This document shows, piece by piece, positions 15,994 through 26,307 of a stretch of DNA of 32,000 bases; within the stretch, counting starts at the first letter, position 1, and each line of letters starts with the position of its first letter. The stretch comes from Haloquadratum walsbyi C23 (GTDB taxonomy: Archaea > Halobacteriota > Halobacteria > Halobacteriales > Haloferacaceae), in assembly GCF_000237865.1 (NCBI RefSeq), contig NC_017459.1, positions 3,000,001 to 3,032,000 of the forward strand. The letters run 5' to 3'. The notes below the pieces were generated by a model, which ran no database searches, was not told the DNA's origin, and saw only the letters and a program-made list of their open reading frames with translations. Position numbers and translations under genes: made by a program.

Positions 15994-16802
15994 CCGGCAT
16001 TGTTGGTCGGTCCGTCGCGTCGATTACGGGTGCACTCCGGGCTGTATTCACTGCCGAGCAGATTGCCGAAAACGATGGCTTTCTCCAGCGACGAGACCCA
16101 CGGGTAACACTGATTTCCATTGCAGGATTTGCACTGGCGGTGATGATTTCCCGACAGGTGTCAGTAACAATGTGTTTTGGTCTATTGACGATCATACTAG
16201 CTCGTCTATCAGTTGTTCCTCTCCGACAGTTGGCTGCGCGATCGGCGGTCGTACCTCTCATATCAGCATTGATTGTTCTCCCACAGGCGATCATAATGCC
16301 CGGTGAGGTGCTCCTGTCATTTACTGGAGTGACGATTACTGTGACTGGTATCGAGTACGTTATCTTATTTACCCTTCGCGTTGGCGTTGGGATTGGACTG
16401 TTATCATTGATCGTGCTCACAACACCGTTTTCAGCGGTTATCGCAGCACTGCGCTCACTACATGTCCCAGTTGCACTTGTATGGGTTATTTCTATTACAT
16501 ATCGATATCTATTCCTGTTCTTTGATGAGTTACAACGGCTGATTCTGGCTCGAAATAGTCGGACAACCGGTCGGACATCACTCCGTGGTGCATGGCGGGA
16601 TGCGCGTTGCATGGTTGGGAGCTTTCTTTTACGAACGCTCGACCGAGGCGAACGAGTTGGTCGAGGGATGCGGGCCCGCGGTGGTGCACGCGCACCATCA
16701 CCATACGGTCGATTGAAGCAGATTGATATATACGGTTACATACTGCTCACTATCTCGGGGTTTGCAGTCATTATGACAGGAGTGATTCGATGGGGTCTGT
16801 AA
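15990..16802 (+). CDS. cbiQ: CbiQ/NikQ (EcfT-type) transmembrane component
   Basis: 270-aa membrane protein with a conserved-looking ...ITYRYLFLFFDELQRLILARNSR... coupling-helix region. It sits between the M/N and O components. Confidence 0.8.
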   Translation: MTGIVGRSVASITGALRAVFTAEQIAENDGFLQRRDPRVTLISIAGFALAVMISRQVSVTMCFGLLTIILARLSVVPLRQLAARSAVVPLISALIVLPQAIIMPGEVLLSFTGVTITVTGIEYVILFTLRVGVGIGLLSLIVLTTPFSAVIAALRSLHVPVALVWVISITYRYLFLFFDELQRLILARNSRTTGRTSLRGAWRDARCMVGSFLLRTLDRGERVGRGMRARGGARAPSPYGRLKQIDIYGYILLTISGFAVIMTGVIRWGL

Positions 16803-17590
16803 TCGACGCCTGCGGGGTGCGACATGAGTACCCTGATGGTACAACCGCAATCAAGAACATTGATGTGACGATTAAACAACAAGAGCAGATCGCAGTCATT
16901 GGTGCAAATGGGTCAGGGAAAAGCACGTTACAACTTGTTCTTGGTGGGCTTGTTGAGCCGACTGTTGGGTCAATCACGTTCTTCGAGAAAACAACCGACG
17001 CCGAGACAGTCCGAGAACGACTTGGAGTGTTGTTACAGAATCCCGACGATTATCTGTTCAATACAACAGTTCGGGAAGATATCGAATATGGTCCAGCACA
17101 ATTAGGTTATAATCGCGCGACTGCAGAGCGTCGTGTAGAATCACTTGCGGACACACTTGGACTAATTGACTTGCTTGATCGACCACCGTTTCGTCTCTCA
17201 GGTGGTGAGAAACAACGGGCTGCAATTGCCAGTGTTCTTGCATTTGACCCGGATGTGCTGCTCTTAGATGAGCCATTTGGAGCGGTTGATGCAACATATC
17301 GAGAGCAAATTCTTCATCTTCTTAGCAATCATACCGGATCTATGCTAATTTTTACACCATCGGTTGATTTAGTCCCGAAGATCGCTAATCAGGTGATTCT
17401 TATCGGACAAGATGGGGGAATCGCTGCGAGAGGATCCGTTCGTGAGATATTAACAAATCGTAACCTACTTTCAACTCATGGGCTCCGACCACCACAAACA
17501 GTACAAATGTTTGAAACAGTGCTGCCAGACGCCGATATTCCACTAACCGTGGAAGCAGCCCGTGAATTCCTTTTGAAGCGAGAATCTTGA
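16790..17590 (+). CDS. cbiO: CbiO/NikO ABC ATPase component
   Basis: 266 aa with Walker A GANGSGKST, signature LSGGEKQR and Walker B LLLDEPFGAVD. It overlaps the cbiQ end by 13 nt. Confidence 0.85.
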   Translation: MGSVIDACGVRHEYPDGTTAIKNIDVTIKQQEQIAVIGANGSGKSTLQLVLGGLVEPTVGSITFFEKTTDAETVRERLGVLLQNPDDYLFNTTVREDIEYGPAQLGYNRATAERRVESLADTLGLIDLLDRPPFRLSGGEKQRAAIASVLAFDPDVLLLDEPFGAVDATYREQILHLLSNHTGSMLIFTPSVDLVPKIANQVILIGQDGGIAARGSVREILTNRNLLSTHGLRPPQTVQMFETVLPDADIPLTVEAAREFLLKRES

Positions 17591-17700
17591 TACACAATAC
17601 GGCTCAAATATCATCTTATTATGCTTCATCAATCATTGACCAAGATTGAGATCCTCCCGTGTGAACGCGCGGGTATTCCACTTACTGTTTATTATCATCA

Positions 17701-17724
17701 GGTCTCGGCGTGAGACTTCTTTTA
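17701..17724 (+). terminator. hairpin plus T-run downstream of cbiO (possible intrinsic terminator)
   Basis: GGTCTC-ggcgt-GAGAC(T) stem at 17701-17718, followed by CTTTTAT. It lies 110 nt after the cbiO stop. Confidence 0.3.
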
Positions 17725-17733
17725 TCCTCATAC

Positions 17734-17808
17734 TATGCGCATAATTGAAGAACTTCAATTGATGACACGCAATAAGACACAGAATCATACAGTTGATTAT
17801 TTTAATCA
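17734..17808. promoter_or_regulatory. cluster of three palindromes 140-215 nt upstream of ureB (candidate operator sites)
   Basis: TATGCGCATA at 17734-17743 is a perfect 10-mer. AATTGAAG-AA-CTTCAATT is at 17743-17760 with 8-bp arms. TGATTA-TTT-TAATCA is at 17794-17808 with 6-bp arms. Confidence 0.4.
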
Positions 17809-17947
17809 TTGAATTTAATCGGTGTTACTTTACGATATCAGTATTGTTCTAAGAGAAATATTTTTATCATCGTTGTTCGAAATGGACTCTGTATGTTAAT
17901 TTGTTCACCGATTATTGGATATTTGAGTAATCAAAGGGATTGTAGCA

Positions 17948-18328
17948 ATGAGTGACATTACACCCGGCGAGTTGATCCCAGCAGACAAGCCAGTTGAGAT
18001 TAATGCTGACCGTGAGACGACATCAGTCACTGTTGAGAACACCGGTGACCGACCATCGCAGGTCGGCTCACATTTTCATTTCTTTGAGACGAATCCAGCA
18101 CTTTCATTCGATCGAAAAAGCGCATATGGAATGCGACTCGATATCCCAGCGGGAACTGCCATTCGATTTGAACCTGGCTGTGAGAAAGATGTCGATCTTG
18201 TTGCGATTGGAGGTGACCGAATCGTCAAAGGAATGGGTGGGTTGGTCAATGGTGAACTTGATGCTGATGAAACACGCGAGCAGGCGTTTGAGCGGGCGAG
18301 AAATGCAGATTACATGGAGGAACAGTGA
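17948..18328 (+). CDS. ureB: urease beta subunit
   Basis: 126 aa. [53 protein letters not shown] is the canonical UreB sequence pattern. Confidence 0.95.
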   Translation: MSDITPGELIPADKPVEINADRETTSVTVENTGDRPSQVGSHFHFFETNPALSFDRKSAYGMRLDIPAGTAIRFEPGCEKDVDLVAIGGDRIVKGMGGLVNGELDADETREQAFERARNADYMEEQ

Positions 18329-20037
18329 GTCGAAAACTCTCTCGAGAGGCATACACTGACCTTTTTGGCGCAACTGAAGGTGATCGACTACGACTTGGTG
18401 ATACTAATTTACTCGCCAAGATTGAGAAGGACCACGGGACATATGGTGATGAAGCAGTGTTTGGTGGTGGCAAGACGATGCGGGATGGCATGGGAATGCA
18501 GTCGGGAACGACGCAAGCGGAGGGGGCACTTGATTGGGTTTTCAGCAATGCTGTCATCATTGATCCCATTCTAGGAATTCAAAAGGGTGATATCGGCGTT
18601 CGTGATGGCAAAATTGCCGGTATTGGCAAGGCTGGTAATCCCGATACAATGGATGGCGTCGATGATGAACTTGTTATTGGACCAAGCACAGACACTGCAC
18701 CAGCGGATGGGCTTATTGCAACACCAGGAGGGCTCGATATACATATTCATTTTAATAGTAAAGAGTTGTTCGAGCATGCGCTAGCAAGTGGCGTGACAAC
18801 AATGTTCGGTGGTGGCTATGGTGGGGGTGCAACTACCTGTACGACTGGACCAGAGAATATTAAACGATTCCTGCAGGCTGCTGAAGAGTATCCAGTAAAT
18901 GTTGGCTTCTACGCGAAAGGTAACTCAAGCGGTCCTGATCCGATTATCGAGCAGATCGAGGCTGGTGCATGTGGATTGAAACTTCACGAAGATTGGGGGT
19001 CAACACCTGATGTTATCGATACCGCCCTTACCGTTGCTGATGAAGAAGACGTCCAGGTGTGTATCCACACTGATACGCTCAATGAGTCAGGGTTTCTTGA
19101 AGATACCTTCGAAGCAATCGATGGGCGAACAATCCATACCTTCCACATTGAGGGAGCGGGTGGCGGTCATGCGCCGGATGTGCTCGAACTCATCGGCTAC
19201 GATCATATGCTGCCATCATCGACGAATCCATCGATGCCATATACGGTCAATACATTCGATGAACATCTTGATATGGTAATGGTTTGTCATCATCTCAATC
19301 CGGACGTGCCGGAGGATGTTGCGTTCGCCGAGTCCCGTATTCGATCAGAAACCATTGCTGCAGAGGATGTACTCCACGACATGGGTGCAATCAGTATGAT
19401 GACTTCTGACTCACAAGCAATGGGACGGATGGCTGAGGTCATTACACGAACATGGCAGACAGCGCACAAAATGAAGTCACAGCGTGGGGCACTCCCAGTC
19501 GATACAGGGACAAACGCGGATAACGCTCGTATCAAGCGATACGTTGCAAAGTATACAATCAACCCCGCAAAGGTCGCCGGGATCAACGAGTATGTTGGTT
19601 CGTTGGAACCGGGGAAGATGGCGGATATCGTGTTATGGGAGCCAGAATTCTACGGTATTAAGCCAAAATACGTGATTAAGGGTGGTTTTCCCGTTCACAG
19701 CGAAATGGGTGAAGCAAACGGGTCATTAATGACTTGTGAGCCTGTGATGCAGCGATCTCGTATGGGTGCAGTCGGAAAGGCAAAACATGCAATAAGCACG
19801 ACATTTGTCAGCAAAGCGGCCTACGAGAACGATATTGGCGATCAGATTGGGCTTGAATCACGCGTACGTCCCGTTGAGGGAACCCGTGATGTTGGGAAAA
19901 ACGACATGCGACATAATGAGTACGCACCAGAGAATATCGATATTGACCCACAGACGTTCGAAGTTGCGGTTGATGGTGAACACGTGACCTGTGAACCGGC
20001 TGAAGAACTCCCACTTGCAAAGAGATATTCATTATGA
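18325..20037 (+). CDS. ureC: urease alpha (catalytic) subunit
   Basis: 570 aa with urease motifs [40 protein letters not shown] and TSDSQAMGR. The GTG start overlaps the ureB stop (GTGA). Confidence 0.95.
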   Translation: MSRKLSREAYTDLFGATEGDRLRLGDTNLLAKIEKDHGTYGDEAVFGGGKTMRDGMGMQSGTTQAEGALDWVFSNAVIIDPILGIQKGDIGVRDGKIAGIGKAGNPDTMDGVDDELVIGPSTDTAPADGLIATPGGLDIHIHFNSKELFEHALASGVTTMFGGGYGGGATTCTTGPENIKRFLQAAEEYPVNVGFYAKGNSSGPDPIIEQIEAGACGLKLHEDWGSTPDVIDTALTVADEEDVQVCIHTDTLNESGFLEDTFEAIDGRTIHTFHIEGAGGGHAPDVLELIGYDHMLPSSTNPSMPYTVNTFDEHLDMVMVCHHLNPDVPEDVAFAESRIRSETIAAEDVLHDMGAISMMTSDSQAMGRMAEVITRTWQTAHKMKSQRGALPVDTGTNADNARIKRYVAKYTINPAKVAGINEYVGSLEPGKMADIVLWEPEFYGIKPKYVIKGGFPVHSEMGEANGSLMTCEPVMQRSRMGAVGKAKHAISTTFVSKAAYENDIGDQIGLESRVRPVEGTRDVGKNDMRHNEYAPENIDIDPQTFEVAVDGEHVTCEPAEELPLAKRYSL

Positions 20038-20360
20038 AACTTTCACCGAAAGATAACGAACGACTTAAGATTTTCATGGCTGCAGAACTCGCCAAACAGC
20101 GTAAAGATCGAGGGGTGAAATTAAATCATCCAGAAACAATCGCATATATCTCTAATTGGGTCTGTGAGCGCGCCCGTGACGGAATGGATGTAGCGGAGAT
20201 TCGTCAAGAGGCGACAAGTTTGCTGACTCGTGAGGATGTAATGGATGGAGTCCCAGAGATGATTGATATGGTGCAGGTTGAGCCAACATTCTCAGACGGA
20301 ACAAAGCTTGTGACTGTTCATGACCCAATTCGTGGAGACACACGGGAACAGGTGGAATAA
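20034..20360 (+). CDS. ureA: urease gamma subunit
   Basis: 108 aa. [34 protein letters not shown] is the canonical UreA N-terminus. It has an ATGA overlap with ureC. Confidence 0.95.
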   Translation: MKLSPKDNERLKIFMAAELAKQRKDRGVKLNHPETIAYISNWVCERARDGMDVAEIRQEATSLLTREDVMDGVPEMIDMVQVEPTFSDGTKLVTVHDPIRGDTREQVE

Positions 20361-20980
20361 TGGGGTATAGAGATGTCGCGAAAGTCGGACTTGGCGGTCC
20401 TGTCGGATCAGGAAAGACTGCGCTTGTACAGCAACTTGTCCCACGACTTGATGACGCTGGCTATGATTTGGGGGTCATCGCAAATGATATTATGACGCAG
20501 GAGGACGCGCAACGGTTACAATCATCGTTTGCCGGTCAGATTGAAAAGGATCTCATTGCCGGTGTCGAAACCGGAGCATGCCCTCATACTGGCATTCGTG
20601 AGGACCCATCGATGAATCTTGATAAGATTGATGAATTCAGTGAAAGCCATCCTGAGTTAGATGTCGTCCTGATTGAATCCGGCGGTGATAACCTTGCAGC
20701 AACATTCAATCCCGAGCTTGCGGATTATTTCATTTTTGTTATTTCAGTGGCTGAAGGTGACGATATCCCGCGGAAACGTGGACCTGGAATCACACAGGCT
20801 GATCTACTGGTCATCAATAAAACAGACCTTGCACCGCACGTCGATGTTAGTCTTGAGGTGCTTCAAGAAGATGCAATGGAAGTTCGCGGTGATAACCCCA
20901 CAGCGTTCACGAATTGTAAAACCGGAGAAGGAATTGACGATATAATGGATATAATTGAACGGAGCGTCCTGTTCGCGTGA
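20360..20980 (+). CDS. ureG: urease accessory GTPase UreG
   Basis: 206 aa with P-loop [17 protein letters not shown] and the NKTDL G4 motif. Confidence 0.95.
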   Translation: MGYRDVAKVGLGGPVGSGKTALVQQLVPRLDDAGYDLGVIANDIMTQEDAQRLQSSFAGQIEKDLIAGVETGACPHTGIREDPSMNLDKIDEFSESHPELDVVLIESGGDNLAATFNPELADYFIFVISVAEGDDIPRKRGPGITQADLLVINKTDLAPHVDVSLEVLQEDAMEVRGDNPTAFTNCKTGEGIDDIMDIIERSVLFA

Positions 20981-21891
20981 GTACCGATAGCGATCACACG
21001 CACCCAATCCCACCGGCATTCCAAGAGTATGATACACAGAAGCTACGACAATCGCCTGCATTCGGTCATGGAAAACACGGAATTGCCGACCTTGTCGTTG
21101 GTCGTGAAGATGATAAGCCAACTCGACTTCTATCAGATTTTCTCCGGGTGCCGTATCATCTTTCAGGGACGCTTGACAGCGATCCAGTTGACGAGTTGAT
21201 AACAGTCTGTTTGCAGGACCCAACTGGTGCAATTACCCAAGGCGACCGTCATAGCCTCACTGTCACAGCACGTCCAGATGCACACGCACACATAACAAAT
21301 CAAAGTGCGTCAAAAGTACAGACAATGAAAGCCAGTTATGCACATCTCGAGGCAACGTTGATTGCTGAATCAGGAGCATATCTTGAATATCTGCCCGAAC
21401 CAACGATTCTCAATGAGGATGCTCGATGTCTGCAGACAACAACTGTTGAGATGGCTCCGGATGCAACTGTGATTGTTGGCGATGTGTTTGTCCCCGATGG
21501 GCTCTCCGCACATGAGCCATTCAGTTTCGATCATTATCACAGTCGCACCGATGCGAGGGTTGAACAGCGTCTTATCTGTGCTGATGCTGTCAATCTCCAA
21601 CCTGCTCAACGTGATCCTCGTAATTTGGCAACTATTGGCGAGTATACCGTCATTGGCACTTTATATGTTTTCTCGCCGAGCGCTGATGTTGAGGCAATCG
21701 CAGAAATGGTTCATCAACGACTGACCGATCACGAGGGTGCTGCTGGTGTCTCGACCCTTCGGGATGAAGCCGGTATTACTGTGCGTGTTCTTGGTGACCG
21801 GAGTACAGATGTAACAGCCGCAATTGAGGCTGCATGGGATGAAACCCGCAGAGAATTGCTTGGTGTTGGCGCACCACTTGGAGACCGTTAA
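20977..21891 (+). CDS. ureD: urease accessory protein UreD (UreH)
   Basis: 304 aa. Assignment rests on position and size in the cluster and the GTGA overlap with ureG. Family assignment is by context plus general similarity to UreD. Confidence 0.75.
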   Translation: MSTDSDHTHPIPPAFQEYDTQKLRQSPAFGHGKHGIADLVVGREDDKPTRLLSDFLRVPYHLSGTLDSDPVDELITVCLQDPTGAITQGDRHSLTVTARPDAHAHITNQSASKVQTMKASYAHLEATLIAESGAYLEYLPEPTILNEDARCLQTTTVEMAPDATVIVGDVFVPDGLSAHEPFSFDHYHSRTDARVEQRLICADAVNLQPAQRDPRNLATIGEYTVIGTLYVFSPSADVEAIAEMVHQRLTDHEGAAGVSTLRDEAGITVRVLGDRSTDVTAAIEAAWDETRRELLGVGAPLGDR

Positions 21892-22613
21892 TGAAGCGAA
21901 TTGATGGCATTATCGGCAATGTCAATGACGACCCTGCTCTTGCCAGTGCAGTCGCCGGTCATGAGCAGGCTGACACACTAGAGACAGTCGTGCTTGATGA
22001 TACTGAACGGAGACGCTCACGAATTCGTGTGACAACAGACGCGGGAACCGATTTGGGTATTCTTGTTGACCAACCAGAGCTCACTGCTGGCGATATATTG
22101 CTACTTAATACTAGTCGTGCTGTTATTGTTGCGTTTAAGCCTCGAGACGCGTTTGTCATTGACTTCTCAAGCTCGCAGGTAGCAGTCTCAACGGCATTTA
22201 AACTTGGACATCGAATCGGAAATCAACACTGGAATATCGCTATCGATAACAAAACGATTTATATCCCAGTTGAGGCTGATCACGCGATTATTGAGGAGGT
22301 ACTTGGATCGTATATCCCCGATGAAGCAACAACGTATTATGAGACGGTCGACGCTAAACGGTTCCTTGAGGATGACAACAACATAAGTGCAAACGCACAC
22401 AACAGCGCTGGTAATCACGAACAAACGGATCATAATATGACCGTCGATAAAGACGGGCACGATCACGAACATAATCATGACCACGATAATAAACATAATC
22501 AGACCGACTGCACCAATACGAACATAGATCACAATCATACTCACACCCATGCACAGGACAGTAGCTCTGACCCAGACTCGACATCAGCCGATTCACTCGG
22601 TGATGATACATAA
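21891..22613 (+). CDS. ureE: urease accessory metallochaperone UreE with a long His/Asp/Asn-rich tail
   Basis: 240 aa. The UreE-like core (GHRIGNQHWNIAI...) is followed by a ~70-aa tail NAHNSAGNHEQTDHN...DGHDHEHNHDHDNKHN...DHNHTHTHAQD. Confidence 0.85.
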   Translation: MKRIDGIIGNVNDDPALASAVAGHEQADTLETVVLDDTERRRSRIRVTTDAGTDLGILVDQPELTAGDILLLNTSRAVIVAFKPRDAFVIDFSSSQVAVSTAFKLGHRIGNQHWNIAIDNKTIYIPVEADHAIIEEVLGSYIPDEATTYYETVDAKRFLEDDNNISANAHNSAGNHEQTDHNMTVDKDGHDHEHNHDHDNKHNQTDCTNTNIDHNHTHTHAQDSSSDPDSTSADSLGDDT

Positions 22614-23335
22614 TGACTGATTCAAAAGCATTACTCACGGCAATGCGGTTTGCAGATTCAATGTTACCGGTCGGCACATACACCGCCTCATATGGTATCG
22701 AACAGTATCTCAACGAAGGTAGTGTTGAAACCGCCGAACAACTCGGTGATCTCATTGAAGGATACCTCCATGGTGTAATCGGTCCAGCAGAAATTGTTGC
22801 ACTTGGACACGCTCATCGGGCAGCCACGACTGGTGATTGTAACGAGATGCAAGCCGCTGATGAGCGGCTTGGAGCGGCAACACTGCCGGTGGAGTTTCGG
22901 GAGAGTTCAAAAAAAGCTGGTGGAAAGCTGCTTGAGTTACTTGACGATAGCAACGATAATTTGCTTGCCGACACGGATACAGAGACTGATGGGTCAATAG
23001 TTGAATACATAGCAGATTATCAGGACGGTCGGACTGCGGGATATCTCCCAGTTGTTCTTGGGGTAGTGTGTCAGGCATCCGGTCTTGAATGCCGCGAAGC
23101 GGCATTAGTGAGTGCATATGGCACAGTCACCGGATTACTTGCGGCAGCGCAGCGACTTGGTCGGTTTGGGCATACAGCGATTCAAACGCAGCTCTCTAAT
23201 TTGTTCCCGGTTATCGAAACTATCTGTACAGAATATCATGATGTTGATCTTCATGCGATATACTCATTCGCTCCACTTGTTGATGTGATGGGTATGAATC
23301 ATGAACGGGCTGACCGGCGACTTTTCAGTAGTTAA
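22613..23335 (+). CDS. ureF: urease accessory protein UreF
   Basis: 240 aa. The LLTAMRFADSMLPVGTYTASYGIEQY start is typical of UreF (L..L...DS.FP.G.F..S.GLE). It is the last gene of the cluster. Confidence 0.85.
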   Translation: MTDSKALLTAMRFADSMLPVGTYTASYGIEQYLNEGSVETAEQLGDLIEGYLHGVIGPAEIVALGHAHRAATTGDCNEMQAADERLGAATLPVEFRESSKKAGGKLLELLDDSNDNLLADTDTETDGSIVEYIADYQDGRTAGYLPVVLGVVCQASGLECREAALVSAYGTVTGLLAAAQRLGRFGHTAIQTQLSNLFPVIETICTEYHDVDLHAIYSFAPLVDVMGMNHERADRRLFSS

Positions 23336-23522
23336 TAATTAGTTGATAGTGACCAGTAATTAAGTATATTTGAACATTGGTTACTTTCGCTTTGTTTGGA
23401 TAAGTTATAGCTAATAGCGATGACCATCCAGGCAATTGGTTTTGAGGTCATAATTACAATACGACGAGGCAATGAAGTTATATTGAGCGAATCAATGTAA
23501 CAAAATGAAAGGGGAAAAGAAT

Positions 23523-23546
23523 CCTTCCCATGATATCATGAGAAGG
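23523..23546. repeat. 24-bp near-perfect palindrome CCTTCcCATGATATCATGaGAAGG in the spacer after ureF
   Basis: Read directly. The core CATGATATCATG is a perfect 12-mer. The flanks CCTTC/GAAGG pair, with one mismatched position on each side. Confidence 0.35.
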
Positions 23547-24129
23547 AGGGGGAAATGCTGTCATGCAATCATAACCCTCAGTGATCCAATTGTTGAGGGC
23601 ACTCCAGTGCAGTATCAAACCTCAACCCCGCCTGCAACTGGAGATAGCACAGGGCATCATCGGTAGGCTATTGATATATGACATATTATTTATGCATATA
23701 TACAATATGAATAAATATGAATACCATCCATTTAGACCTTGTGACTTGATGAGGGATAGCAATTCTGTATCATTTACTCAGCGATTACCCTGTTATGATA
23801 TGAGCTTATCACGCGATTAGGGCGCTCACACTTCGGGCTTCAGAGCACAGATATAGCTCCGAACGTCGTTTTGATCAGTTCTACGTCGTATCGAGTGCTG
23901 ACCGAGATAGTCTCTCCTCCCTGCTTCAATAAGACAGTGTCGGGATCTTTTTTATCCAAGTCATCCTGTCAACCAGGCGAACAGGGTACAATAAGCAGAT
24001 CATAACCGCGAGTCCTCTATCAACGGTGAATGGTAGAATGGAAGCATGTTACTACCAGCACATTCTTTTGGGGCATGAAGATATAAACCTCCCACATCGC
24101 TCCGCTTGACAGGATCTTGAAAGACGAGT

Positions 24130-26307
24130 CTAAAATGTAAGGCGCTCAAATAGCCAGCGTATGAGTCGTGACTGACCCGCGTTATGTGGATACACGGTTA
24201 TTGTTGTACATCCTGGTCTCGGAAAAATTAGAGTATCATTAGATAATACAGATCGAAGTCTCTCAACATTGCCCCGTCGCACCACTACATCGGGATTGGA
24301 CGGTCGTCCGCCATCAGCTCTGGGAGATTCAACCTGAACTGAGACAGGAAGCATCTCTGAGAGCGCAATCCGATAGTCATTAATTGCCTGTCTATACTTA
24401 TCCGTCTCATTTGGATCAGCGGGATACCAAAGCGAAATATCGCTTTTATTTGCAGTAGCGATGGCTTCGGCGACGTTTACCGCTGGCGGGGGATATGGTC
24501 CACCGCCTCCCGAGAGGACGACCTGCTCTGGACGGTTATATCCAAGATTATCTACTAGAAGAACATCACATGGTGAATGACGAACAACCCAGTCGATTGG
24601 GTCGTCAAGCACTCGAGAGCGAAGCCGTAGTGGCTCATGTTCAGTTACTATTGAGTCCACTCCACGGTTATCTGCAAAATTGACGACTGCGTGTTTTGTG
24701 TCATGGCTCACGATTTCGTCGGCTTCAATATCAACATCAAATTTCGCTGAGAGTGAGTTAATCCGAGACTCATACGAGATATCTGATGAAGATTGCATTG
24801 CTATATTCTCGGTCAGAGGGGTCTGGTCTGGCACCTCCTCGAACCGAACAGTGACCACACGACCATCGTCAGGGCGAACAAGGTCGGCAGCAATACTAAT
24901 CAATGACTGCTCCCGATCTGAATCGAGATTTTTCGTGAGCGCAACAAGCACTTCGCGTGGAGAATCGTCTATCATCGATTCAGTTTCTATGAGTATGTCT
25001 TCACCGACACGTCGTCGGACAGCATCTGTCGCTGCTCCCTCCCGGGATACCCGTGACCGTACATAAAGTAGATACCAGCCAATACTCCCGACAATGATCA
25101 CGACCGCTCCTCCGATGGCAACTGATCCCATCTGAGTTAACAGGAGCAAACCAGTGATGGTACCGAATATCTGCATCCAGGGATAGAGTGGTGAGGTAAA
25201 CTCTGGCTTGTATTCGGTACTGCCCTCACGAAATGCAATAACGGCTAGATTAATGAGCCCAAACACCAGGATTTGGAATGCGCTTGCGAGTTTGGCGATA
25301 TCAAGGATTGGAACGAATGCGATCAGCACCAGTAATACTGCCCCGGTAAGTGTAATTGAGGATACAGGTGTCCCAAACCGTTCACTCACCGTCGAAAGAG
25401 ACGGCGGAGCGAGTTTATCTCGGCTCATTGCGAATGGATAACGTGATGAAGAGAGAATTCCCGCATTAGCCGTTGAAATTAGCGCGAGGATGGCTGCAAG
25501 AATGACGATGATGACACCAAATTCCCCGAGTGTCGACTCCGCGGCGACCGCTACCGGCGTTACCGATCCTGCGATACTCGTCAAATCTGTTACACCAATC
25601 AATACTGTCACGATTACCACGTATAGAACGGTTGTAAATGCGAGCGAACCGAGAATACCGAGAGGAATATTGCGACCTGGCTTCTCAACTTCCTCTGCAA
25701 CACTAGCAACTTTTGTGACACCTGCATATGAGACGAAGACTAATCCAGTTGCAGCCAGAAGCCCACCAATTCCATCTGCAAAGAAACTCGCATAGTTAGC
25801 CGAGGTAACTTCAGAGGCGCTCCCGGCCGCGAACCAACCAAGGGCAGCAAGCATAATGACGACAATTACAATCTGTAAACGCCCTGTTTGTTTTGCTCCA
25901 GCGATATTTATCAGTATTAATACTGCTGCGAGACCCAGCGCAACTGGCTTTAGTGGAAGATCAAATAATAAGAGTAAGTATGGAACACCGCCGACAAGGG
26001 CAAGTGCTCCCTTGAATGAGAGCGAAAACCATGTACCAACACCGGCAATAGTACCAAGTAACGGACCCATTCCTCGCTCAATATATATGTATGTTCCTCC
26101 AGCCTCCGGCATTGCAGTTGCCATCTCGGATTTTGAGAGGGCTGCCGGTACAACAAGCACACCTGCAAGCGCGTATGCAACAATCACTGCGGGACCTGCG
26201 ATTTCAAGAGCAAGGGCAGGCAAGATGAAAACGCCACTCCCAATCATCGCACCGACGCTTATTGCAAGTACTGATGAAAGCCCGAGATCACGTTCAAGCT
26301 TCTTCAT
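24130..26307 (-). CDS. APC-superfamily amino-acid/polyamine permease fused to a C-terminal tandem universal-stress-protein (USP)-like region
   Basis: The N-terminal ~440 aa is polytopic, with APC motifs (SVGAMIGSGVFILP, GGTYIYIERG). The C-terminal ~290 aa is soluble and USP-like (EVLVALT...; VVLSGGGGPY...). I prefer start ATG 26307 (MKKLERD), which forms an ATGA overlap with the upstream gene's stop. The track start 26349 adds a Cys-rich 14-mer. Confidence 0.8.
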   Translation of the reverse strand: MKKLERDLGLSSVLAISVGAMIGSGVFILPALALEIAGPAVIVAYALAGVLVVPAALSKSEMATAMPEAGGTYIYIERGMGPLLGTIAGVGTWFSLSFKGALALVGGVPYLLLLFDLPLKPVALGLAAVLILINIAGAKQTGRLQIVIVVIMLAALGWFAAGSASEVTSANYASFFADGIGGLLAATGLVFVSYAGVTKVASVAEEVEKPGRNIPLGILGSLAFTTVLYVVIVTVLIGVTDLTSIAGSVTPVAVAAESTLGEFGVIIVILAAILALISTANAGILSSSRYPFAMSRDKLAPPSLSTVSERFGTPVSSITLTGAVLLVLIAFVPILDIAKLASAFQILVFGLINLAVIAFREGSTEYKPEFTSPLYPWMQIFGTITGLLLLTQMGSVAIGGAVVIIVGSIGWYLLYVRSRVSREGAATDAVRRRVGEDILIETESMIDDSPREVLVALTKNLDSDREQSLISIAADLVRPDDGRVVTVRFEEVPDQTPLTENIAMQSSSDISYESRINSLSAKFDVDIEADEIVSHDTKHAVVNFADNRGVDSIVTEHEPLRLRSRVLDDPIDWVVRHSPCDVLLVDNLGYNRPEQVVLSGGGGPYPPPAVNVAEAIATANKSDISLWYPADPNETDKYRQAINDYRIALSEMLPVSVQVESPRADGGRPSNPDVVVRRGNVERLRSVLSNDTLIFPRPGCTTITVYPHNAGQSRLIRWLFERLTF

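Noticed and set aside
15953-16612. 219-aa - strand ORF
   Set aside because: It is antisense to the CbiQ membrane-protein gene. It is Arg/Thr/Ser-rich and non-acidic. It would break the tightly coupled cbiM-N-Q-O operon.
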